A stretch of 64,000 nt of DNA from Octopus bimaculoides (Eukaryota): NCBI RefSeq assembly GCF_001194135.2, contig NC_068984.1, positions 69,370,175 through 69,434,174 of the forward strand. Direction: 5' to 3'. The translations under genes and the position numbers were made by a program. Position 1 is the stretch's first letter; each line of letters opens with the position of its first letter. Below are positions 53,341 to 64,000 of the stretch, piece by piece. The notes beneath the pieces are model-generated. The model made no database searches, was not told where the DNA came from, and saw only the letters and a program-made list of their open reading frames with translations.

Positions 53341-53880
53341 TCATCGGTATCTCAAGCATGACATAATGCCAAAGGTCTTGGTCATTGCTTCCATGAGGCC
53401 CAACACTTGAAAGGAACTTGACCACTTTGCCTCCACGGGGCCCAATGCTTTAAAGGAACTCAGCCACCTCGCCTCCATGAGGCCCAACATTTGAAAGGAA
53501 CTCATCCACTTTGCCTCCATGAGGCCCAACGTTCAAATTTGACTTTTTATGTGCCACCAGCACAGGAGCACTTGGCTTGATGGGTCCACTTAAGCAGAGC
53601 ACATTGCCAATGGCCTCAGTCACTAGTCATTGCCTCCATGAGGTTCAAAGTTTGAAGGACATGCTTCACCACCTCATTCCATGTCTTCCTGTGTTTATTG
53701 CTACCATAGGCTTCCTCCACAGTTAGAGATTGGTACTTCTTTACACAGCTGTCTCCATCCATATGCATCACATGACCATACCAGTGCAGTCGTCTCTCTT
53801 GCACACCACATCTGATTACTCCTATGCCTACTTTTCTCTCAAGATGATTACACTCTGTTGAACATGCACACTGACATGAC
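53341..53880 (-). mobile_element. RTE-clade LINE 3' fragment with internal 42-bp repeats
   Basis: ORF 53616-53804 QERRLHWYGHV..KHRKTWNEVVKHVLQTLNLMEAMTSD; downstream about four copies of a ~42-bp unit. Confidence 0.9.
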
Positions 53881-54376
53881 TAATCTCTATAGAAATTTTT
53901 TGTTGCAAGAAAACACTGAATTTGAATTACTTTTAATTTAAAGAATTATAGATATCAGCTTGGACTGAAATTCTGAGCCTGAGTCAGGGGTGTGTGACCG
54001 ATGTCAAGAGAACATCTGCTATGAATGATATCTTTTTGACACAGGGCATCTCTAAGACAACTGCCAGATGCTGAATGAAAATAAATGAACTGTGACCGGG
54101 CTCAATAAAAAAAGCCCGTGTTATTGGCTGCAATTACATTCTTGAAGTCAGAGTTGGTAGGAATTAAATCAACTTGCAAATACACGTTCACTTTACTAAA
54201 TTTATACTTGGGCTAAGCCTGAACAGCCCAAACGCTGATATAGATCCCTTGTCTAGTGGCCAATGAGGAAATTAGGGATAGATGAATGGCTAGTGAGAGC
54301 TGTACAGAGAAAACAAAAGTCAGAAATAGATAATACAGTTTTATATTTAAGGGATAAGGAATTATGTACATTATTT

Positions 54377-54469
54377 ACATTATTTACAATTGACGGATAT
54401 TTGTTCTCATCTTGTTTGAGTTAACAACAAACAAGATGAGGATAAATATCTGTCAATTGTAAATAATGT
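54377..54469. repeat. 42-bp-stem hairpin
   Basis: 54377-54418 pairs with 54428-54469 (3 differences, 9-nt loop). Confidence 0.92.
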
Positions 54470-54699
54470 TCAGAAATACATGTTTCACAAAAAATATTCA
54501 ACTGAATAAGTAAAAAAATAAGAATGGTGCACAGCATTACATTAAATAAGTTCCCTAGTCAAAAGATTATGATTGGTCCAGAGCTCAAAGCAGCAACACT
54601 CACCCAAGGTACTGTGCAGTTGGTATAAACCCGACACTACATGGATGTGAAGCACACATCTTAACCACACAGCCTTGCCTGAATGTAAATTAATTGAAA

Positions 54700-55320
54700 T
54701 CAGTTACATATTGTGGACAGAAAATGGCCGTCTGTTTTTGTTTTCATCATTTCGCTATGGACAGAAAATGAAGAATCAGCTGGTTTATGGTTTCAATCAT
54801 CATTACAATGTCATGAGTGACCATTTACTCTACTCTTAACTGCCCTCAATGAAATCATATTTATAGCCACTATTATTAAAGGCTTTATTCAATCAGGTAC
54901 ACTGATTTGCATATTAGATGCATTCTTGGCAGTTAATTTGATTAAGTAAATCACTGATGCATTAGCACTCTTTGTTTTTGATGTTGTGATATACTGCAGA
55001 ATAAGCCTATAGTTTCATGTTCACACTATACTTGGATAAATTTATTAGAATTAATTGGATACATTGGGCAGCCATAAATAGTTGTCTTTGTTTTTGCAAC
55101 TGTGGACAGAAAAAGAGTGATCTGGTGGAGTTTTAATTGTGATTACAATTTCATTTGCAACCACTTACTCTAGTCTTAACAGTCTACATTGAAATTGTAT
55201 TTAAAGCCACTATTATTAAGAGCTTTATTGAATCAGGTATACCAATTTGCATATCCTAGCTGTTATATTGATTAAATAAATTACTGAAGTATTGGTTAGC
55301 AAGTCATTTGATATAACTAA
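54700..55320 (+). repeat. Diverged ~350-bp tandem duplication
   Basis: TGGACAGAAAA..ATTACAAT..TTACTCTA.TCTTAAC..AGCCACTATTATTAA..GCTTTATT.AATCAGGTA..TTTGCATAT recurs at ~54755-54950 and ~55100-55290. Confidence 0.8.
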
Positions 55321-55404
55321 ATATATCCAAAGCTCAATCTAATTTGTGCAGAGAAATGAAAAGCAGGTTACCATTACTAATATCTTCTAGCTTTTACTTG
55401 CTTC

Positions 55405-55584
55405 ACACATCAAAGTGTGGCTATGCTGGGGCACTGATTTGAAGGGCTTAGTCAAACAAATCAACCCCAGTACTTATATTTTAAGTCTGCTACTTATTTT
55501 ATTAGTATTCTTTGTTCAAACACTAAGTCATGGGGACATAAACAAACCAATACTGGTTGTCAAACAGTAGTGGGGGACAAATAC

Positions 55585-55623
<39 letters not shown>

Positions 55624-55690
55624 AAATCCACAAATCCACTCACAAGGCTTTAGTCAGCACAAGTCAATAGTTGAGAACACTTGCCTGATA
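55405..55690 (-). mobile_element. Bipartite SINE with internal (CA)n
   Basis: GGCTATGCTGGGGCAC..CATAAACAAACCAATACTGGTTGTCAAAC..(CA)n..CAAATCCACTCACAAGGCTTT. Confidence 0.72.
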
Positions 55691-56957
55691 TGTGTACTCT
55701 TGTTGCTTGTTATTGTTAATTCTATTGTTCGTTTATTTAAATTGACCACACACGCATATATATATATATATATGTTTGTGAATTGTATGTATGTATGTTT
55801 CTGTGGAGGGTGGGTGGTTGGAAAGAGAGCAAAGAAGAAGAAAGAGATACTCATATATAGAGGCAAGGCTTTCATAGAGTTTAATATAAAAAAATTATTA
55901 TCATTGTTAAAATCCTAGTGATGTCTCTTTTGTTTCTCAGTAAGGAGCCCCCCAATTTCTTTGAAGATCTTTAACAAATACAAAAAGTGAAGGTGTATAT
56001 ATATATATATNNNNNNNNNNNNNNNNNNNNNNNNNNNNNNNNNNNNNNNNNNNNNNNNNNNNNNNNNNNNNNNNNNNNNTATTGTTCGTTTATTTAAATT
56101 GACCACACACGCATATATATATATATATATGGGGCTAATGCAGAATTGCATCTCTCCTGAAAAAATGCATTCTATTGAAAAAAAATTTTCAGTTTCTTAT
56201 GTTTTAGATGTTGGAGATGAGATTACGAAAATGTAAAAGTAAAATGTTTCTTTTTAATTTCGCCTGCCCAATTTAAAATTTTATCGAAAATGTTTTCATT
56301 TGTTTTTCCTATGTCTTCAATGATGGAGATTCTGAATATGCAAGAAACCATGTTTTCAAAATTTTAAATTCAATAAGCATATATATATATGTGTGTATAA
56401 ATAGATAAATAGATATGAATGTATTCCTGGGGCTAAAAACAACAGAAACACCATCCTCTATAACACCACCACATTTAGTTGGCAAATATATTTAATTAAT
56501 AAATGGATAGGGATAAACAGATAGACAAATAAATAGATGGATGGAAAAGTTCAAAATTTAAAATTGTGGTAGGGGTGAAATTTGAACCTCTTATTAAACT
56601 TTATAACATTAATTATTAAACAATTTAATGTTTGTTTCTCATAAAATGGTGCATATCTAATTTACATTTAATTGTTATTTATGATTATTCAAGGCAAGTA
56701 CAAGTAAAAGGCAAATTCTTTTCACTTTAATATTTTGCCTATATTTAATTACATATGTTCGTCAATTTGCTACAATCTCATTAAAGTAAACAAAATCAAC
56801 ACTTTTAAGTGGAGGGGTGGAAGGAGAGGAGGGTGAAATAAAAAGAAATTTGTTTTTGCTTATTCATGATCTCCAACATCTAAAGCGTAAGAATCCAAAA
56901 GAAATAAAAAAAAAAAAGATGCATTTTTCAAAGAGAGGTGTGTTTCTGCATTATATA

Positions 56958-57164
56958 TCATCATCATCATCATCATCGTTTAACGTCTGCTTGTCATGCT
57001 AGCATGGGTTGGACGATTTGACTGAGGACTGGTGAAACCGGATGGCAACACCAGGCTCCAGTCTGATTTGGCAGAGTTTCTACAGTTGGATGCCCTTCCT
57101 AACGCCAACCACTCAGAGAGTGTAGTGGGTGCTTTTACGTGTCACCCGCACGAAAACGGCCACG
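56958..57164 (-). mobile_element. RTE 3'-tail element, cut by an assembly gap
   Basis: Same family; reverse complement of 16348-16573 with about 10 differences by manual comparison. Confidence 0.88.
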
Positions 57165-57779
57165 NNNNNNNNNNNNNNNNNNNNNNNNNNNNNNNNNNNN
57201 NNNNNNNNNNNNNNNNNNNNNNNNNNNNNNNNNNNNNNNNNNNNNNNNNNNNNNNNNNNNNNNNNNNNNNNNNNNNNNNNNNNNNNNNNNNNNNNNNNNN
57301 NNNNNNNNNNNNNNNNNNNNNNNNNNNNNNNNNNNNNNNNNNNNNNNNNNNNNNNNNNNNNNNNNNNNNNNNNNNNNNNNNNNNNNNNNNNNNNNNNNNN
57401 NNNNNNNNNNNNNNNNNNNNNNNNNNNNNNNNNNNNNNNNNNNNNNNNNNNNNNNNNNNNNNNNNNNNNNNNNNNNNNNNNNNNNNNNNNNNNNNNNNNN
57501 NNNNNNNNNNNNNNNNNNNNNNNNNNNNNNNNNNNNNNNNNNNNNNNNNNNNNNNNNNNNNNNNNNNNNNNNNNNNNNNNNNNNNNNNNNNNNNNNNNNN
57601 NNNNNNNNNNNNNNNNNNNNNNNNNNNNNNNNNNNNNNNNNNNNNNNNNNNNNNNNNNNNNNNNNNNNNNNNNNNNNNNNNNNNNNNNNNNNNNNNNNNN
57701 NNNNNNNNNNNNNNNNNNNNNNNNNNNNNNNNNNNNNNNNNNNNNNNNNNNNNNNNNNNNNNNNNNNNNNNNNNNNNNN

Positions 57780-57830
<51 letters not shown>

Positions 57831-59301
57831 CACATATATGTGTGTGTGTGTGTGTGTGTGTGCATCATCATTGGATCATGTGACGTCCCTGGCTAGCTAG
57901 TGACTTAAGTATGAAAGAACCCCATACAAAATTAAATGGACGATCATAGAGTAGCCAGGTCCCATATAAATGGGAACGGGTGGTGTAAGCTTTGCACGGC
58001 AGAGCGAGCAAGCATCCCTGAAGACCCACTGGACCAAGATCCCTCTTAAACTGAAGACATGAGATCTATAGCCCCTGCCCCTATTTCAAACATTACCTGC
58101 TGGAGGCATGGGATTCCCCGTTCATCGATTAAAGCTAGAAAAAGTTGTTGCAGATCAGAAACAGCCTGAGGGTGGGATTTCCCTGTTCACTCTTTAGGTC
58201 CATAGAATTTACCAACCAGACCAGTCTAAAGGAAAAAACTCACACTGTTTAAAGTGTACCATGTACATTATTCTTTGTTTACAAATTAACAGTTATATTT
58301 AAAATCACATGCACGCACACACACACACATACACACACACATACACACACACACACGTGCAGGTAACCACATGTGCACAGTTATAATATTCAAATGCACG
58401 TCTAAAAACATACATGCTATATGTGCATATGCTCACTTACACTCATGAGTCTGAGTGAACATATGCATATAGGCACATGTACATGGGTGTGCATGGATGT
58501 TTATGTAGATTCTACAGTTACCAGACAGCAGATAAGTCATGTTTTCTTATTTTAATTTTATAAACAATATTGACATCCGTCTTTCAGTAACTTTATACAC
58601 TAACACATTTTTTTACTATTATCTACTTATTCCATATTGTTTTAACCTTGTTTACTATAATACCCTTTTTCAATATTTTTAGATTGTAATTCTTAATGAT
58701 TATATTAATACCGTTAATGTAAGAATTAGTTTATAGATTTTGTCTCTTTATATATATTTTTATTTCTCATGTTTATGTTTATTCCTTGAATGATTTTAGG
58801 TATTTTCTTAGGGATTTGACCTGAAGAGTGACGGATTTTGGGAGTAAAATCACTTCCCCTTTCTAATGAACTCGGATAGAATTTGCTTACAATTTTATAT
58901 AGTCTTATTTCAGCCATGAAACGCACATAGTCTATGTGCTAGCACTAACTTCTTACATTTATACTTCCATGCTGCATATTATCGTATTAATTTTTACTGT
59001 CCAATTTATAAATTTAATTAAAAATTTTTTTAAAATTAATATTTCTATAATTTATTTATATGATTTATTTATGTAATGTGTTATTTAATTTAAATTTTTA
59101 GATTAAAATCTTAGATATATTAAGATGGTATATGCCTCACAGCATGGATTTGGACGGGTTCTGAGTTGACCGAGTTGTAGAGAGGTGGTTCATCTCTAAA
59201 TTAGTTATATACATATTTATTATATATTAGGAAACCCGGTATAATATCATACTGATTTTTGCCTGTAAGATTGGAATAAATTTTTTATTCCCTAATATTA
59301 T

Positions 59302-59339
<38 letters not shown>

Positions 59340-59735
59340 NNNNNNNNNNNNNNNNNNNNNNNNNNNNNNNNNNNNNNNNNNNNNNNNNNNNNNNNNNNNN
59401 NNNNNNNNNNNNNNNNNNNNNNNNNNNNNNNNNNNNNNNNNNNNNNNNNNNNNNNNNNNNNNNNNNNNNNNNNNNNNNNNNNNNNNNNNNNNNNNNNNNN
59501 NNNNNNNNNNNNNNNNNNNNNNNNNNNNNNNNNNNNNNNNNNNNNNNNNNNNNNNNNNNNNNNNNNNNNNNNNNNNNNNNNNNNNNNNNNNNNNNNNNNN
59601 NNNNNNNNNNNNNNNNNNNNNNNNNNNNNNNNNNNNNNNNNNNNNNNNNNNNNNNNNNNNNNNNNNNNNNNNNNNNNNNNNNNNNNNNNNNNNNNNNNNN
59701 NNNNNNNNNNNNNNNNNNNNNNNNNNNNNNNNNNN

Positions 59736-59777
<42 letters not shown>

Positions 59778-60711
59778 GCAAGAAGAAAATGGAAGGAATA
59801 CAGAAGTAGTAATCATCAGCTGTTAGACATTATATTATGTCTATTTATTTACATTAAAGAGTTCAGATAATATATAAATAAATGTGTAAAGTACTAGTAA
59901 TTTCTAGAATAGAGAAAGACGACCAGTTTCTTACAGCTGTTTCTGTCAAGAGGTCACAGTACTCAACATGTTATTTCCATCTTTCCATTGTACTGTAGTA
60001 ATCTGTATATAAAATTACGGTACTAGGGTATGCCTCTAGGCTTCATCATAGAGTTTTATAAGATAGTCCAAGAAGTTCATAGGGCTAATTTATGCATATA
60101 CAATATATATATATATTCACATATATACATACACACCCATACATGCATACATATACATACACACATGCATGCATATATGCATGTACATACTTATAACAGA
60201 ATTAGTTATTAGTAGGTGTAGTACAATATTCATATTAGAGAATGCATAAAAAGAAGAAGAGAAATAACAGTATAATCAAAGAAAATAATGGAGTTTGAGA
60301 GGGGTACAGTTTTTTAGAACTGAAAAGGCACATAAAAGGAGAAATACATATACATATATATACATTCATACGTATATACATGCATATTTCAAGCGTTAGG
60401 TAGGGTGTATTCCTGCAGTGGTTTATATTGTCCTTGCATATAAATAAATGTACACACATACATATACATAAATATATGATGTGTTCATAGTTGAGGACCT
60501 GAAATCATGGTTCCCATTAGGGGGTGAAAGTTTATATCAATAATTATGATAGCAGTTGGTACTAGATTAGTAAATGAATTAAATCTCGGGTCAGTTAACA
60601 ATATGCTGTATTATCTTCCGTTATTTCTTTTGACATTTTATAATTAACAAGTTGCTGAATCTCTATTGGTAATGGGGAAGGGGTTGTGGTCATTCACGTA
60701 ATCTAATTGGT

Positions 60712-61911
60712 CAGCTAATTAATTTGAAAGGCTATGACACTGCTATGGTTGGTTAGTGGTTAACAGATAACATAAACAAACTATATAAAAATTATATATA
60801 TGCATGGAAACAAACATAGAAACAAATAATTCATAGTTAACTATAGGTAGGTATGAGGATAAAAAATTGATACTGAAACCTAATTCGATTAGTTTAAATC
60901 AAATTAAATTAAATTAGATTAAATTAAAAATTATAGAAGTAAAAAGTTGATGTGGTTTTTAGATTGTTTACGAGAAATAAAGTATTACAAATAAATAAAA
61001 CCATATATAATAAATGATTGATTGATTAATTATTAAATTGGTTAATTGATTGATTAATTATAAATTATTAAATTGATTAATTGTTAATTATTAAATTGAT
61101 TAATTATTGATTATTAAATTTATCAATTGATTAATCAATTGATTGATTGATTAGCTTATTGGCTGATTAGTTTACTATCTGATGGTTTTAAGTATTTTAT
61201 TCCATTTATAATAGTGAATCAAAAAGTTATCCCCCTTCAACTCTCCGAAATATAGAAATATTACGAAACAAATGGTGCAACATAAACATCCTACCATTAG
61301 CTGGACCTCTCCACTAAAATTTAATAACTAAATAAATAGATGGTCTGAATGACTGATCAAATGATTAATTGAACAACTCAACACTATTGCATAGCAACTT
61401 GCACTTAATGTATTGTGTCTCATGAAATATATTATACTATAAACATATTTTATCAATGAATAACAACAACTTGAAAAAATAACTTCTACGGTCTCTTCTA
61501 ATATCTTATAATTTCTGTCATTATACTTATGATTTCTGTCATTATACTTATGATTTCTGTCATAGAATTTCCCCCTGTTTTGCCCATATATTTTGGTAAA
61601 TGCACATTTAATTAGATGAATACACATTTCACATTTATTATATATGGTTTCGTACATTTGCAATACCTTATTTCTCTTAACATTTTACTTCTATAATTCT
61701 TAATTTAATCTAATTTAATTTAATTTGATTTAATCTAATCGCATTATGTCTCAATACCAATTTTTTACCCGCATACCTACCTATAGTTAACTATGAATTA
61801 TTTGTTTCTATGTTTTCATGCATATATATCATTATTATATAGGTTATTTATGTTATCTGTTAACCACTGACCAACCATAGCAGTGTCTTAGCCTTTCAAA
61901 TTAATTAGCTG
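60712..61911. mobile_element. Foldback/MITE-like element with ~230-bp terminal inverted repeats
   Basis: 60712-60944 (CAGCTAATTAATTTGAAAGGCTATGACACTGCTATGG..) is the reverse complement of 61683-61911; non-coding interior with ATTG/TAAT runs and a 21-bp tandem repeat (61511-61563). Confidence 0.85.
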
Positions 61912-62379
61912 GGTAATTAATACTGATATATATATATATATATATATTTATATATGTATATACATATACATATACATACATACATACATACATACATACA
62001 TTCATACATAAATAGATGGACAGATAGATAGATAGATAAACTTACTTCGAAAAGGATGCATGGCATTCAATCGAAATAATAATATAATACACACACACAC
62101 ATGTATACATATCTGTATATACGTATTTATATATATTTAAGTATATATGTGTGTATGTTATATATATATATATATGCACATACACATATGTATATTAAGA
62201 TCATTATGAATGTAGCAATCTCTAGAAGATGCCAGCCACTTAACAGAGCATATTGGGTGCTTTTTATGCGGCCTCAACACAGGTGAGATTACCAAGTAAC
62301 TTGCAAGGAAATGACCCCATTAATGGGAACGTGAGTGGTGGTGAGGGTAGTAGCATTGTGCCAGTTGATGAGAGGTTAA

Positions 62380-62920
62380 ATTACTACATAGGGGTAGATA
62401 TAGGTATCTTGGTATAGAGAAGATACATAGCTACCCTCGCAAGAAAAGAAATGAAAGAGAGAGAAATAAACAGACAGGCAGAGACAGAGACAGAGAGAAA
62501 GTGTTAATAAGAAAGATAAAAAGAGAGAGAGAGAGGGAGAAAGATAATGGTGGTGATGTGTCAGGATATATATACCCTTAAAGTAGAAGATAATTGAAGT
62601 GGTACAAGGGATTGAACAGGATGAGTGTAGCAGGTGGGGAACAGAGGGCAAGTTTCATATGAGAGTGAGGAGAGATCATTAAAGGTGGAGTAGAGGAAGG
62701 AGTAGCTCAGGGTGTGCTATGGACGATGTGTGAAGACATTGAAAGTGACAGCAGATAAGAGAGATACTAAGGATGGAGTATAGGAGAGGAGAGAGAGAGT
62801 AATGGCTGAAAGTTCAGAAAGAAGGTGATTTGTGAAAATAGCAGGCAAGGAAAATAATGAGAAATAGGAAGTGGTTCTTAGGGTAGGAAGGAAGGTAACC
62901 AAAGAAGAATGATTATAGTA
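62380..62920 (-). mobile_element. Possible non-LTR retrotransposon 3' relic
   Basis: Strongly strand-skewed purine-rich tract; minus translation has a decayed ETCPL..TL.LFN segment resembling a C-terminal Zn-knuckle. Weak. Confidence 0.3.
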
Positions 62921-62925
62921 TCTAC

Positions 62926-63010
62926 CAGTGGCGTGCGGTGACCTCCGGGGTTGGGCATGCAATGAATTTCTCCCCCTCCCCACTGGAAATTTTTCAGTAA
63001 AAGAATTTTC
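62926..63010 (+). mobile_element. Possible hAT-like terminal inverted repeat (left end)
   Basis: CAGTGGCGTGCGGTGA starts abruptly, followed by relatively CpG-rich sequence; matching right end not seen in the window. Confidence 0.35.
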
Positions 63011-64000
63011 TTATTCCTACGATTTACATATAGAAGATTCTGAATATGCAATCACCCCCGTATGATCTAGAATAAGCAGGGAATAAAAAAATGGCTTTGT
63101 AAAGATGAGCCTGAATATGTGTATTGTTTGTATCTTTCTCTCTCTTCGAAACGTCAGTACTTTCCGATCCTCACTCTCCCTTTAAAATGTCTAAAAATCA
63201 TAAGTGAAATGGAATAAAGATGAAATTAGATTCTGTTAATATTTTTGCATATTCGGAATCTCTGTTAAAGGTAGGAATCCGAAAAAAACTTTTCAAAAAA
63301 TTTCGTTTTTCAAAAGGGTGCGATTCTGCATTAGCCCCTATACCTTTTGGTTCAGCTGAATCAATTTGAAATGATTTAATAAAGAGAACACATCTAGTTA
63401 CATTATATGGCCATGGTTTTAGATAGTTACGCTCTCGAAGACAAGTCAGGTGCTTTATCAGGCTACTTGTCAATTCCGGGAAAATTATTGATACTCAAGC
63501 AGACTGTTCTGAGACTTATTGAACTCCGTATATTAAAAGACTACGTCTCACGCACACACATTGAAAATACACGCATATACATGAATACACACACAATGAA
63601 AGACAGCCAAAATTCAACATTGTAAAAAGCCTCCCCCCAAAAAAACAAAAACTGTTGTGGCAGAAGTCAACATTTCTGAGATTGAAACAAGACATTTACG
63701 GCCGTAAATAGACTACACCCAGCAGCACAGAAAGGAAAACCTATGTAGGTTAGGTGTGACAAAGAAGTCCAACCATTTCTCCAGCGAAACAATACTGATG
63801 TAAGAAGGTCGAACCTTACGTTATAACAAACACTAACCAAAACCTGCAATATATGCCCTTTAATATATTAAGTTTTTTTTTAATGTTCTAAAATGTTATT
63901 TACCTCATCTATAAATTAATTCAATTCTTCAATCTTTCTGGGCAAATATATCTATCATATTTTCATAGAAATCTTCTCTTTTCATCAATTGTTGTAATAA

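Noticed and set aside
53380-53540. CRISPR-like array (also the 78-bp and 55-bp repeats)
   Set aside because: Contiguous tandem units without unique spacers, in eukaryotic repeat context.
55720-56130. ~50-bp identical duplication on both sides of gap 56011-56079
   Set aside because: Probably a scaffolding overlap artefact at a (TA)n tract.
11579-59735. Long ORFs containing X runs
   Set aside because: They span assembly gaps (11579-11811, 14971-15271, 29609-30204, 36854-36941, 40937-41225, 41973-42104, 52973-53049, 56011-56079, 57165-57779, 59340-59735).

Overview
AT-rich, microsatellite-dense animal DNA, with ten N-gaps that mostly sit at (TA)n runs. The SINE and RTE-LINE families resemble those I recall from Octopus/cephalopod genomes; this organism call is an inference. 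No intact host protein-coding gene is recognisable, and most listed ORFs are translations of microsatellites or gaps. The window is a graveyard of decayed mobile elements: a ~3.5 kb Penelope-like retroelement (PLE; RT + C-terminal GIY-YIG, minus strand, ~42.9-46.3 kb), a second PLE GIY-YIG relic, a full-length mariner inserted into a SINE, a Tc1/maT fragment, a Mutator-like element with long TIRs and a 9-bp TSD, a Helitron helicase with an intact 3' terminus, RTE and CR1/Jockey-group LINE relics, many SINEs and several long foldback palindromes. The most unusual observation is a Ulp1/SENP-like (clan CE, C48) cysteine protease domain with recognisable His-Asp-Gln-Cys residues. It lies directly upstream of, and apparently in one decayed reading unit with, the Penelope-like RT-endonuclease, and the whole element is flanked on both sides by (ATT)n.
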